From: Verrucomicrobiota bacterium
GTDB taxonomy: Bacteria > Verrucomicrobiota > Verrucomicrobiia > Limisphaerales > SXQI01
Length of the DNA: 39,499 nt
Assembly (NCBI GenBank): GCA_008933045.1
Contig: WBXJ01000002.1
Coordinates: 1 to 39,499, forward strand
Direction: 5' to 3'
The notes under the pieces were generated by a model, which was not told the origin of the DNA, did no database searches, and saw only the letters and a program-made list of their open reading frames with translations. The translations under genes were made by a program, and so were the position numbers. Of the stretch, positions 24,804 through 34,603 are shown piece by piece; position 1 is the stretch's first letter; the number at the start of each line of letters is the position of its first letter.

Positions 24804-27800
24804 ATGAAAAGCTTGTTTTGCTATTTGTTTGCTTGGTCGCTGTTTTGCGGAGCTGTGCGTCCTTGTTTTGGTGCCGAAATATTCGGAAACGGATCGAGTT
24901 GGCGATTTTTTAAAGGCACAGCGGCACCCTCTGCGCCCGATGCGACGGCTTGGCGAACATCTGGCTTCGACGACACTGCCTGGCTGACTGGTGTTGCAAG
25001 CTTCTATTACGGCGATCCATTTTCGGGCACGTTGCTCGACGATATGTACGGTCGCTACAGCACGGTGTTTTTAAGAAAACGATTTGATGTTTTCAATCCG
25101 GCAGAGATTCAATCTCTGACTTTAAACGCAGCGTGTGACGATGGTTTTATTTGTTGGATTAATGGTAAAGAGGTGACTCGCTTTAATGTCGGTGCGGGAG
25201 AGATCTCATTCGACGGACTTGCAACAACACCAGTGAATCCCGATCCCGCAGTTTTTAACGATTATCCCATCACCGACCCTCGCAGCGTTTTGGTGGCAGG
25301 CTCGAACCTACTTGCGATTCAATTGCTCAACACTTCGTTGACCAGCAGCGATATTGTCTGGGATGCGTCCCTGTCGTTTACGGGGGATATGGAGGCTCCT
25401 GTGATCTCGAGCGTGATCCCTCCGGCGGGATCGTCCTTAAAAGAGTTTTTTGCTGTGGAGATTCTTTTTAGTGAAGCCGTGACCGGTGTAGACGCAGGCG
25501 ACCTCTTAATAAACGGGGTCGGCGCAACCAATGTTGTACAGGTGACCCCAGGTCAATTTGTTTTTTCTTTTCCTAAGCAACCTACGGGTGCTGTCTCGGT
25601 TGCATTTCTTGAAAACCATGGGATTACGGATACTGCCGCAATCCCGCATCCCTTCAAGCAGTCAGGTTGGAGTTACACTGTCGATCCTACGCTGGTTGTT
25701 GCCGGATTATTCATCACTGAGTTCATGGCTGAGAATAATGGGGTGCTACGCGATGAGGATGGAGATAAATCAGATTGGATCGAGTTGTTCAACTCTTCCA
25801 ACCGAACAATTTCGTTGCTCGGTTGGGGTTTGACTGATGATGCGTTGGATTTACGGAAATGGACCTTTCCTCCGACTTCCATCGCAGCGGGAGCGAGGCT
25901 CGTCGTTTTTGCATCCGGAAAAGATCGCACCAATGCTGCGGCGCGACTTCATACAAACTTTAAGCTGGATGATCGCGGAGAATTCCTAGCGCTCGTCAAT
26001 CCTGCGGGCGAAAGTGAATCCGCGTTCTCGCCGACCTTCCCTGTTCAGAGGAAAAACTTCAGCTACGGACGAGCCACCGGTGCTCTCAACGTGACGGGGT
26101 ATTTCCCCTCACCGACCCCCGGCACAGCGAACTCAACCAGCGGAATTGGCTTTGCCCCCGATGTGAAATTCTCGGCGAACGGAGGTGCCTATCTGACTAA
26201 TTTTAACCTCTCCATTTCTCTGAAAGTGCCACTGACCGGTGCCGAGATTCGCTATACCACGAATGGCACAATGCCGTTAAGCACGTCGCTGCTCTACACG
26301 AATTCGCTTTTTATCAGCAATTCGATTCAACTTCGGGCTCGAGCCTTTGCTCTGGGAGTTTTGCCAGGAGATCCACACACTGAGTTTTATCTCAAACTGG
26401 AAGGAAGCACACCGACGTTTAATTCCACTCTGCCCGTGCTCGTGTTGCATAATTTCGGCAAATCGACACCGCCCGCTACAGGCCAGCAAGATGCCTACCT
26501 GCAGGTTTACGAACCGGTTCAAGGTATCGCCTCCTTCACCAATGCCCCGACGTTAAGTCGCCGTGTAGGGATCGGCGCACGAGGCTCCAGCACCTTGGGT
26601 TTACCCAAAGTCAGCTTGAATCTAGAGCTGCGCGATGAATTTGGTGCCGATGATAAACACACACTTCTTGGTTTGCCTGAGGATTCAGACTGGGTGCTTT
26701 ATGCTCCAAACAGTTTTGAGCCGGTGTTGATCCACAATCCGTTCATGCACCAACTCAGCCGTGATATCGGTCGATACTCCTCACGGACGCGTTTTGTAGA
26801 ATTATTTTTAGTAAAAGATACGATGGCTGGCAGTCTCCGCTACCCCACGACCTACAATGGGATCTACGTGCTCGAGGAACGAGTTCGCCGCAGCAAAGAC
26901 CGAGTCGATATCGACAAGTTGGAGCCCGAAAATCTCACCGCCCCCTCTGTTACTGGAGGGTTCATTCTTAAAGTAGATCGCACTGGCCCCGGTGAAGGTG
27001 GAATCTACGGAGCCAGTCAATCGATGGTTTTTGTCGAACCTGACGAGACAGAAATTGAAGCACCCGTGCGTGCGCCGCAACTGCAGTATTTACGCGATTT
27101 CTTCACAAGGTACGGGAGCGCACTTTATGGAGCTAATTGGAAGGATCCCACGAACGGTTACAGGGCTTATTTTGATGTCGAGGCTGGCATTGATCATCAC
27201 CTACTAAATGTACTCTCGTTCAACGTCGATGCCCTGCGTTTGAGTACCTATTTTTATAAGCCTCGCAATGGGAAAATCACCTTCGGACCATTGTGGGATT
27301 TTGATCGGGCCCTTGGATCCATGGATGGACGCGATGCGAATCCGAAAGCGTGGACAAGCAGTGGCGGGACGGATTACTTCAATGAGACTTCACAAATGTG
27401 GTGGGGGAAAATGTTCACGGACATCGATTTCTACCAACAATGGATTGACCGCTACCAACAGCTTCGATCATCGCATTTTTCGACAACAAATCTTTACCGA
27501 CTCGTCGAAGAATTAACCACTGAGGTGCGCAAATCACAACCGCGTGAACAAACTAAATGGGGAGTGGCACCGCGGGGAGGTTATCAAGGTGAAATCAATT
27601 TGATGAAGACTTGGCTTTCTAATCGTGTCATTTTTATGGACAGTCAATGCCTTGTCCGTCCGACTAATACCACCCCTTCCGGCAAGTTCTTGAACTCGAT
27701 TTCGGTAACGCTCAAAGGGCCTACCAACGCGACTATTTACTACACACTCGATGGCACCGACCCTCGATTGGCGGGAGGAAATGTTCATCCGAACGCGTTG

Positions 27801-29852
27801 ATCGCTACGAATATTCCGTTGGTTATTTCTACCAATTCTCGATTGATCGCTCGTCTGAATAATAATGCGTTTAAGGCGAACACGGGAACGTTGAATCCCC
27901 CCTTGGTCTCCAAATGGTCTGGGGTAACGGAAGCCAGTTATTACAATACCACTCCGCCGCTATTGCTGACGGAGATCATGTATCACCCCGAATCGCCCTC
28001 ACAGGATTCCACGAATAGCGCGACTGATTTTGAATTCTTAGAATTCAAGAATATCTCATCATCATCGCTGAATCTTGTCGGTTTTAAACTATCCGGAGGT
28101 GTTCAGTTTAACTTTACCCCGAGTAGCCTAGTCACGAACTTGGCGTCGGGTGCGAGGGTCTTAATCGTTAAAAACAGGGCGTCATTTTTATCAAGATATG
28201 GCACGACTAACCTGATCGCGGGCGAGTTTACCGGTAACCTTGGAAACGGATCCAATCGCTTAATTATCAACGGACCACTCGGAGAGCCTATCAGCGATGT
28301 GACCTACGAGAGTCGTTGGTTGCCGCTTTCGGATGGTTTTGGTTTCTCGCTCACGCTAGGTGATGAATCTGTTGCCCAAGACTTGATCGGTGCTGAAGCA
28401 CAATGGAGATTAAGTAGTTTACCGGGCGGATCTCCAGGGAACGTTGACCTTGCACCGAAAACTATCCCAAGAGTCTGGATCAACGAAGTGCTCACCCATA
28501 CCGACCCACCGTTGCTTGACGTGGTGGAGTTTTTGAATGGGGAGGATCAAACTATCGACATCACCGGATGGTGGTTAAGCGATGATTATCGTGATCCTAA
28601 GAAATACAAATTGCCTCAAGGTAGCGTGCTAAGTGCGAACGGATACTCGGTCGTTGACGAGAATTCGTTTCGAGGAGGAACCACAGGATTCTCTTTCAGT
28701 GCCATGGGTGATTCCGCACATCTTTTTAGCGCGGACGCCGCTGGTGAACTCACAGGCTACCATCACGGATTCAGTTTCGGAGCAGCCTTCAACGGGTTCA
28801 GTTTCGGGCGATTTGTCAGTAGCGATGGAATTGAACATTTTGTTACTCAGGAAAAACGCACATTAGGTCAACTCAACTCGGCACCGCTCGTGGGGCCCCT
28901 CGCCATTACGGAAATCCACTTTAATCCACTTTCCATTACCACGAATAACAACACGTTGGATGAATTCATAGAAGTGCGAAATATTTCGACTTTCACTGTG
29001 CCACTCTGGGATCGACTACACGAAACCAATAGTTGGCATCTGCGTGGGGGAGTTGACTTTGACTTTCCTCGATCTCTAGAGATTCCTCCCGGAGGTTTCG
29101 TTCTCGTGGTGGGGTTTAATCCTGTCGTTGATATCGGAACGATTTCAAGTTTTCGGGCCAAATTTCAAGTTCCAGTAACCGTCCCTGTGCTCGGTCCTTG
29201 GAATGGTAATTTGGAAAACTCGGGCGAATCTATCGAATTGAAGCAGCCCGACGAACCGGTTCAGTCGTCCCTTCTCGACGAGCAGGAGGTGCCTTACGTG
29301 TCGGTTGAAAAAATACGATATCTGCCCGTCTCGCCTTGGCCAACGACGGCTTCAGGCACAGGAAAATCGCTTCAACGGGTAGCCATCCGAGCCTTTGGCG
29401 ATGATCCAACCAATTGGCAATCCGCAACCCCCACAGCGGGCAAACTGAACCCCGCGACGGATGTCGATGATTTTGATCGTGACGGTTTGCCCGATGCTTG
29501 GGAAGACACGTTCGGATTAGACACGCTTTCGAACCTAGGCGACGCAGGTGCGACCGGGGATCCTGATCAGGATGGCCAGTCGAACCTAGAGGAATACATC
29601 GCCGGAACTGATCCAAAAAATCCAGCAAGCAATCTGTCGATGAAGGCGGAGTTTGGTTCCAATGGAATTACTTTAACTGTGTCTGGTTTACCTAGTCGCA
29701 GTTACACGTTCTGGGTTCGTGAATCTCTCGATGTTGGGGAGTGGAAACTTCTCACCCATTTTCCAACTCTCGTAGACTCGAAGATTCTGCCCTTCACAGT
29801 GCAAAACGAATTTGAATCGCGATTCTATCGAGTCAGTGTTGTGCGCGACTAA
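24804..29852 (+). CDS. Giant secreted CotH kinase-family protein with four lamin-tail (LTD) domains and C-terminal TSP3-like calcium-binding repeats
   Basis: Signal peptide MKSLFCYLFAWSLFCGAVRPCFGA.
- N-terminal jelly-roll (WRFFKG...DDTAW...LRKRFDV...DDGFICWINGKEV)
- Ig-like domain
- LTD1 ~25700-26075 (ITEFMAENN...DWIELFN)
- CotH ~26430-27645 (RTRFVELFL...YNGIYVLEERVRRSKDRVDI)
- LTD2 ~27960-28440
- LTD3 ~28473-28885
- LTD4 ~28900-29440
- DxDxDG-type repeats at 29460-29625. Confidence 0.8.
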   Translation: MKSLFCYLFAWSLFCGAVRPCFGAEIFGNGSSWRFFKGTAAPSAPDATAWRTSGFDDTAWLTGVASFYYGDPFSGTLLDDMYGRYSTVFLRKRFDVFNPAEIQSLTLNAACDDGFICWINGKEVTRFNVGAGEISFDGLATTPVNPDPAVFNDYPITDPRSVLVAGSNLLAIQLLNTSLTSSDIVWDASLSFTGDMEAPVISSVIPPAGSSLKEFFAVEILFSEAVTGVDAGDLLINGVGATNVVQVTPGQFVFSFPKQPTGAVSVAFLENHGITDTAAIPHPFKQSGWSYTVDPTLVVAGLFITEFMAENNGVLRDEDGDKSDWIELFNSSNRTISLLGWGLTDDALDLRKWTFPPTSIAAGARLVVFASGKDRTNAAARLHTNFKLDDRGEFLALVNPAGESESAFSPTFPVQRKNFSYGRATGALNVTGYFPSPTPGTANSTSGIGFAPDVKFSANGGAYLTNFNLSISLKVPLTGAEIRYTTNGTMPLSTSLLYTNSLFISNSIQLRARAFALGVLPGDPHTEFYLKLEGSTPTFNSTLPVLVLHNFGKSTPPATGQQDAYLQVYEPVQGIASFTNAPTLSRRVGIGARGSSTLGLPKVSLNLELRDEFGADDKHTLLGLPEDSDWVLYAPNSFEPVLIHNPFMHQLSRDIGRYSSRTRFVELFLVKDTMAGSLRYPTTYNGIYVLEERVRRSKDRVDIDKLEPENLTAPSVTGGFILKVDRTGPGEGGIYGASQSMVFVEPDETEIEAPVRAPQLQYLRDFFTRYGSALYGANWKDPTNGYRAYFDVEAGIDHHLLNVLSFNVDALRLSTYFYKPRNGKITFGPLWDFDRALGSMDGRDANPKAWTSSGGTDYFNETSQMWWGKMFTDIDFYQQWIDRYQQLRSSHFSTTNLYRLVEELTTEVRKSQPREQTKWGVAPRGGYQGEINLMKTWLSNRVIFMDSQCLVRPTNTTPSGKFLNSISVTLKGPTNATIYYTLDGTDPRLAGGNVHPNALIATNIPLVISTNSRLIARLNNNAFKANTGTLNPPLVSKWSGVTEASYYNTTPPLLLTEIMYHPESPSQDSTNSATDFEFLEFKNISSSSLNLVGFKLSGGVQFNFTPSSLVTNLASGARVLIVKNRASFLSRYGTTNLIAGEFTGNLGNGSNRLIINGPLGEPISDVTYESRWLPLSDGFGFSLTLGDESVAQDLIGAEAQWRLSSLPGGSPGNVDLAPKTIPRVWINEVLTHTDPPLLDVVEFLNGEDQTIDITGWWLSDDYRDPKKYKLPQGSVLSANGYSVVDENSFRGGTTGFSFSAMGDSAHLFSADAAGELTGYHHGFSFGAAFNGFSFGRFVSSDGIEHFVTQEKRTLGQLNSAPLVGPLAITEIHFNPLSITTNNNTLDEFIEVRNISTFTVPLWDRLHETNSWHLRGGVDFDFPRSLEIPPGGFVLVVGFNPVVDIGTISSFRAKFQVPVTVPVLGPWNGNLENSGESIELKQPDEPVQSSLLDEQEVPYVSVEKIRYLPVSPWPTTASGTGKSLQRVAIRAFGDDPTNWQSATPTAGKLNPATDVDDFDRDGLPDAWEDTFGLDTLSNLGDAGATGDPDQDGQSNLEEYIAGTDPKNPASNLSMKAEFGSNGITLTVSGLPSRSYTFWVRESLDVGEWKLLTHFPTLVDSKILPFTVQNEFESRFYRVSVVRD

Positions 29853-29869
29853 ACCGTTATAAGTCAGTC

Positions 29870-30589
29870 CTAATACTTACTATGCCATTCCGGGAGTCCA
29901 TAACGTTCCGAGACCAATTTTTCTACCATTTCCAACGGCGGCGGATCCATCGGTTGATCCGCTGACCACACGTTCCGGATCGCCGCTTTGAGGTTTACCT
30001 CATTCACCGGAAGATTCGTTACAAAATCTGCGTGGCTTCGCGCTTGCCGATAATCCGGCATGGACGAAGGCATGTTCAAAATGTCGTGAATCATCTGGAG
30101 ATCAAAGTTGAGCAAAAAACAACCGTGAAATAACAGGTGACGACGGCGACGACGTTGCGCGTTACCTGAGAATTTTCGCCCTTGCCAGATGAGATCCGTG
30201 TGACCCTGAACCTCGATCGAGGAACCTAGCGCGTTTTCGACCGCTTGGCGTTGGCGATCCATTATATAACGGTTCGAGTCGCTAATTGAACTCAGGGCAA
30301 CGTGCATATCCTCCGGAAGAACGAGGGTATAATTGAGACAGCCTGGCCCCTGCACCACCGTCCCACCGCCACTGCAGCGTCTTAATATCGGAATGCCGCG
30401 CTGCTTACACTGGTCCAGATTCACCTCACGAGCTTGATGGTTGGCGTAACCCAACACGACAAAATATTCGGGCGACTCCCAGAACCGGAGCACCCCAGTC
30501 GACTCTGTAGCTTCACACCAATCCAGCAACGCCTCATCAATCGCAAGGTCATGCGCCGGATCGCCAAACGTTAAATTAAACCATTGCAC
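29870..30589 (-). CDS. Biotin/lipoate A/B protein ligase family protein (LplA/LipM-like)
   Basis: RRCSGGGTVVQGPGCLNYTLVL and GRKFSGNAQRR motifs of the BPL_LplA_LipB catalytic domain; 239 aa, no C-terminal LplA accessory domain. Confidence 0.75.
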   Translation of the reverse strand: MQWFNLTFGDPAHDLAIDEALLDWCEATESTGVLRFWESPEYFVVLGYANHQAREVNLDQCKQRGIPILRRCSGGGTVVQGPGCLNYTLVLPEDMHVALSSISDSNRYIMDRQRQAVENALGSSIEVQGHTDLIWQGRKFSGNAQRRRRRHLLFHGCFLLNFDLQMIHDILNMPSSMPDYRQARSHADFVTNLPVNEVNLKAAIRNVWSADQPMDPPPLEMVEKLVSERYGLPEWHSKY

Positions 30590-30624
30590 GAGAGATCATT
30601 TGCAAAATCGCCAGAACACTCGGG

Positions 30625-32328
30625 TCAAGGTGGTGTGCCTTTGGTGAGTAGTGCTTTCCATTTGGCGGATTGTTCCGGTTTTTTAAGGATTTCAGCCAGT
30701 GTCGAGAGTTGACTGTAAATCGCCGCTGGATCTGCAAAGTCGGGAAACGCTTTTAATAATTCTTGGAGTAGTTCGTAACTCTCGTTCTCACGTTGCAAGC
30801 CATTGAGAATTGGAACTACTCGAAACGTGATTCGCACACGTTGTTGTGGTGATGGACTCTTTTTCAATGCTTCCAAATAAGAGGTGATTGCCTCCGGAAT
30901 TTGTTTCTCATCAAAGGATATATCCCCCACCTTTTCCAACATCACCGCACTCGTGGCAAACCCCTGTTGGCTGGTTAAAAAACCTCGCACCTCATCCGGC
31001 GAAGTTTTCAACTTGAGGGAACGATTAGCTACCACGACATTGCCCCAATCAGCCTTCTTATTTTTCTCAATCAAAAGTCGCTGATGCAACTTGCCACCAT
31101 TTTGAGCGAAGGGACGATAGAGGGGATCTCCCAGCACAATAATTTGCCACGAAAGCCATGCCTGACTCGCCAACGCTGCCTCTCCTAATGTAAAACCACC
31201 AAAAATCCACCGGCTTAGAAATACAGAAATATCAGGTGTACCAGCCAAAAAAGGTTCTTCAGTGCAACCCATCGTCGCGGTGGCTCCTCGGGCTAATAAT
31301 GGGCCAGCCCAAAAGTCATGATCGCTCCGAAGCACATTCGCACTCGATGAGTGCAGATGGTAGGCAAATGCGCCTGGGACAAATTCGACTTGAGCACGAG
31401 CAAACGGGCCGTCGTATTTTCCTGAATACCAACCCCCATAAATCGCACAATCGCTTAATGGAAATGTTGCTGGAAAAACTTCGGATGTGGAATCGACCCA
31501 TGTATCAAAACCATAGTTTCGAGTGAGGTCCGCACATTGCTTAAACATCTCGTCCCCTTGTTTGTAAGCACCTTCCGTTAGGCCACGTGAATCGAAATAA
31601 GCTCGTCCCCAAAGCCCATCCTGTTCTGCTAGAAGTGATTTTTCGACCATTCCCCGTGCGATAGCTGCACTCGGCCCATCTAACCTCGCTACAATGATTA
31701 TCCCATTGGTGGAATGTAATTGTGCGATATTAGTCGCTGCATAAGTCGGGTTATTGAAAGGGCCAGTGAGTATTAGTTTCTTGTCAGCTAACGGAAGCAA
31801 TGAGAGTTCGCTATCCACCGAGGCCCCGTTCTTCCGCAACGGTTCTGGAAGAGTTAAACCTCCAGCCTCTTGCAACGAAGGATCATCTGCCACCTTCACT
31901 GGGACGCCATAACACAACACCAGATAGCGAAACGCAGCCTCTCCTACTGTTGTTCCCGTCGCGTCCTTTCCTTTGGCGGACGTCTTGAAGTTGAGCAGGT
32001 GGTTTTTCGCCAGAAACTTCAGTAATGGCTTCTGCAATTCTTCGTTGAAATCTTTACGCGTGATCTCTTCATTTTTGGAGAGGTTGAAGCCTACAATTTG
32101 CTGGCGAGGAACTAGCCGTTTCTCGGCATAGAACTCAGCTAATTGCTTAGATTCAGGCATTTGTGAGTTATAAACCACCACAACTGACCGACCAAGAACT
32201 GCCGGGTCGTTTGAATCCTCCGCCTGCAAATCAGAAGCAACGTATAAAAAAAACACAACCAAACCGGGGTTGACAAGCCAGCTCCAACGGTTGAAAGAAA
32301 TCCAGCAGAACAATTTGCTCATAATCAT
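30625..32328 (-). CDS. Secreted or anchored hypothetical protein, TIGR03790-like, with a helical TPR-like C-terminus
   Basis: N-terminal signal/anchor. VVVVYNSQMPESKQLAEFYAEKR opening and the GATATMGCTEEPF...WQIIVLGDPLYRPF core match my memory of the TIGR03790 family. Function is unknown. Confidence 0.55.
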   Translation of the reverse strand: MIMSKLFCWISFNRWSWLVNPGLVVFFLYVASDLQAEDSNDPAVLGRSVVVVYNSQMPESKQLAEFYAEKRLVPRQQIVGFNLSKNEEITRKDFNEELQKPLLKFLAKNHLLNFKTSAKGKDATGTTVGEAAFRYLVLCYGVPVKVADDPSLQEAGGLTLPEPLRKNGASVDSELSLLPLADKKLILTGPFNNPTYAATNIAQLHSTNGIIIVARLDGPSAAIARGMVEKSLLAEQDGLWGRAYFDSRGLTEGAYKQGDEMFKQCADLTRNYGFDTWVDSTSEVFPATFPLSDCAIYGGWYSGKYDGPFARAQVEFVPGAFAYHLHSSSANVLRSDHDFWAGPLLARGATATMGCTEEPFLAGTPDISVFLSRWIFGGFTLGEAALASQAWLSWQIIVLGDPLYRPFAQNGGKLHQRLLIEKNKKADWGNVVVANRSLKLKTSPDEVRGFLTSQQGFATSAVMLEKVGDISFDEKQIPEAITSYLEALKKSPSPQQRVRITFRVVPILNGLQRENESYELLQELLKAFPDFADPAAIYSQLSTLAEILKKPEQSAKWKALLTKGTPP

Positions 32329-32449
32329 GTCTAAAGTCTCTGGATAAACGATCGTTGGATCAAACTAATTCAAGGAGTTAGAGGCGAAGCTTGATGGGAA
32401 GAGTTTCTGTGTGATTGCAGTTTGGCTAAGGACACGTTAAATCAATCTC

Positions 32450-33511
32450 ATGCGTTTCATCGGCAGTGTTATCGAGAAATTACAGCGACACCCCAAACGG
32501 ATTGTTTTTCCTGAGGGAACGGAGCCGCGCGTAATCCAAGCCGCTCGCCAATTCTATTCGTTGCGTTGTGGAGTGCCGATTCTGTTAGGCGAACGCCCGA
32601 AGATCAAGGAGGCTGCCGAACGCCTAAACGTTTCCCTCGAAGGGATTCGTATTATCAACCCTGCCGAAAGTGAAGAGTTGGATAATTTCGCTAAACGATT
32701 TGAATTGGTGCGACGCATTAAGGGCATCAAGGAACATGAAGCTCGGGAGACGATGTTCAAACCGAATTATTTTGGTGCGATGATGGTTGCGATGCATCAG
32801 GCGGATGGGTTGGTCTCCGGAACGAATCTGAACAGCGGGAGCGTCCTTCGACCGTTATTTCAAATCATCAAGGTAGCACCCCAGGCAGTCACGGCCTCGA
32901 GTTGCATGATTATGGAAGTGGAGGATACTCGATTCGGTTTGGGGGGCGTCTTGTTTATGGCGGACTGCGGTGTGATTCCAGATCCCACTGTGGATCAGTT
33001 GGCAGATATTGCGGTCTCGACGGCTCAACTCGCGCGACAATTGATGGGTATCGTTCCGAAGGTCGCCTTGCTTTCATTTTCTACCAAAGGCAGTGCTACC
33101 CATCCCTCAATCGGCAAGGTGCAAGCTGCGACGGCGTTAGCTCGCGCCAAAGCAGCTCAGAAAGGAGTCGAGGCAGAATTCGATGGAGAGTTGCAGGTAG
33201 ATGCAGCTCTGGTTCCCGAGATTGCTTCGAGGAAAACTCTCGATAGTAAAGTCGCCGGTCATGCTAATGTCTTAGTGTTTCCTGATCTGAACTCAGGCAA
33301 CATCGGCAGCAAACTGATCCAGCATGTCGCACGTGCGAATGCGTACGGTCAAATCATTCTAGGTCTCGATCGGCCGGCTGCCGATGTCTCGCGCGGTTCC
33401 AACGCTCACGATATCCTTGGAGTTGCTGCCATCGTTGGCTTGCAGTCGATTGCTTACAAAGCTCTCTATTCAGATCCTTCCTATCATCTCCCCGGTGAAT
33501 TTATTGAATGA
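32450..33511 (+). CDS. pta: Phosphate acetyltransferase, catalytic PTA_PTB domain only
   Basis: RIVFPEGTEPRVIQAA, ADGLVSG, CMIMEV...MADCGVIPDP and VLVFPDLNSGNIGSKL motifs; 353 aa. Confidence 0.9.
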   Translation: MRFIGSVIEKLQRHPKRIVFPEGTEPRVIQAARQFYSLRCGVPILLGERPKIKEAAERLNVSLEGIRIINPAESEELDNFAKRFELVRRIKGIKEHEARETMFKPNYFGAMMVAMHQADGLVSGTNLNSGSVLRPLFQIIKVAPQAVTASSCMIMEVEDTRFGLGGVLFMADCGVIPDPTVDQLADIAVSTAQLARQLMGIVPKVALLSFSTKGSATHPSIGKVQAATALARAKAAQKGVEAEFDGELQVDAALVPEIASRKTLDSKVAGHANVLVFPDLNSGNIGSKLIQHVARANAYGQIILGLDRPAADVSRGSNAHDILGVAAIVGLQSIAYKALYSDPSYHLPGEFIE

Positions 33512-34602
33512 ACGTAACTATTCCTCGTGTTTTCATTGCGGCAACCCGTCAAAATGACGGGAAGACCACGACGTCGTTGGGTCTCATTGCGGCACTACAG
33601 AAACACTATTCTCGTGTGGGTTACATCAAGCCTGTCGGCCAGAGGTTTGTAGAAGTTGCAGAACAAAAAATCGACGAGGATACCGTCTTGATGGATAGCA
33701 TCTACCAACTTAATTGTCCGTTGGTGGACATGAGCCCAATCGCGATCGAGCCTGATTTTACTCGTAAATATCTACAATCGGCCAACTACGATGCCTTGGT
33801 CAAACGCATTCACTCGGCCTTTGATCGTGTAGCTTGGGAAAAAGATTTTGTTCTGTGCGAAGGCTCGGGTCATGCGGGCGTCGGTTCCGTGTTCGATCTT
33901 TCAAATGCTCGTGTTGCGAAGCTTCTGGGAGCGAAGGTAATTATCGTTACTCAAGGAGGCATTGGAAAACCCATCGATGAGGTCTGCTTGAATCAGGCAC
34001 TCTTCGAAAAAGAAGGGGTTGAGGTGATGGGGGTGATCATCAATAAGGTTCATCTAGAGAAGCTCGATTTTATTACGGAGTTTGCGCGACGCGGGTTGAA
34101 ACGCAAAGGCCTCGAACTCTTGGGGGTGATTCCCTACAAGCAGATTCTTTCGAATCCAACGATGGAAATCATCCGGGACGAACTCGCTGCCGAAGTCCTG
34201 AATCGGCCTCAGCGGATTAGTAATCTGGTTGAAGAGGTTGTCGTGGGAGCCATGGGAGTTCACAACACGATGAGTTCCTTTCGTCCTGGCGTCATGATTA
34301 TCACACCAGGTGATCGTGAAGATATCATTCTTGCCGCTGCTGGCACGGTGATTAACCAACCCCGAAATGGCCTAGCTGGGATCGTTCTCACGGGTGGCGT
34401 CAGGCCGAATACAGAGGTGCTCAAGTTGATTCAAGAGATGCCATTCCCAGTACTCCTTGCAGATCAAGGCAGTTACATTGTTGCCTCTACCGTGCATGAC
34501 CTGATCGTCAAAACGCGTTCTACAGACTTGGAGAAAATTTCTATTATTCGCGACCTCATCGCGGAACACGTTGACGTTAACAAAATCCTGACCTCGCTCT
34601 GA
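33508..34602 (+). CDS. Stand-alone BioD/CobQ-like P-loop plus DRTGG domain protein, homologous to the N-terminal regulatory region of long (class II) Pta
   Basis: IAATRQNDGKTTTSLGL P-loop, VLCEGSGHAGVG, GVIINKV, then the DRTGG-type segment MIITPGDREDIILAA...GIVLTGG...FPVLLAD. ATGA overlap with the pta stop (33508-33511). Confidence 0.75.
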   Translation: MNVTIPRVFIAATRQNDGKTTTSLGLIAALQKHYSRVGYIKPVGQRFVEVAEQKIDEDTVLMDSIYQLNCPLVDMSPIAIEPDFTRKYLQSANYDALVKRIHSAFDRVAWEKDFVLCEGSGHAGVGSVFDLSNARVAKLLGAKVIIVTQGGIGKPIDEVCLNQALFEKEGVEVMGVIINKVHLEKLDFITEFARRGLKRKGLELLGVIPYKQILSNPTMEIIRDELAAEVLNRPQRISNLVEEVVVGAMGVHNTMSSFRPGVMIITPGDREDIILAAAGTVINQPRNGLAGIVLTGGVRPNTEVLKLIQEMPFPVLLADQGSYIVASTVHDLIVKTRSTDLEKISIIRDLIAEHVDVNKILTSL

Positions 34603-34603
34603 C

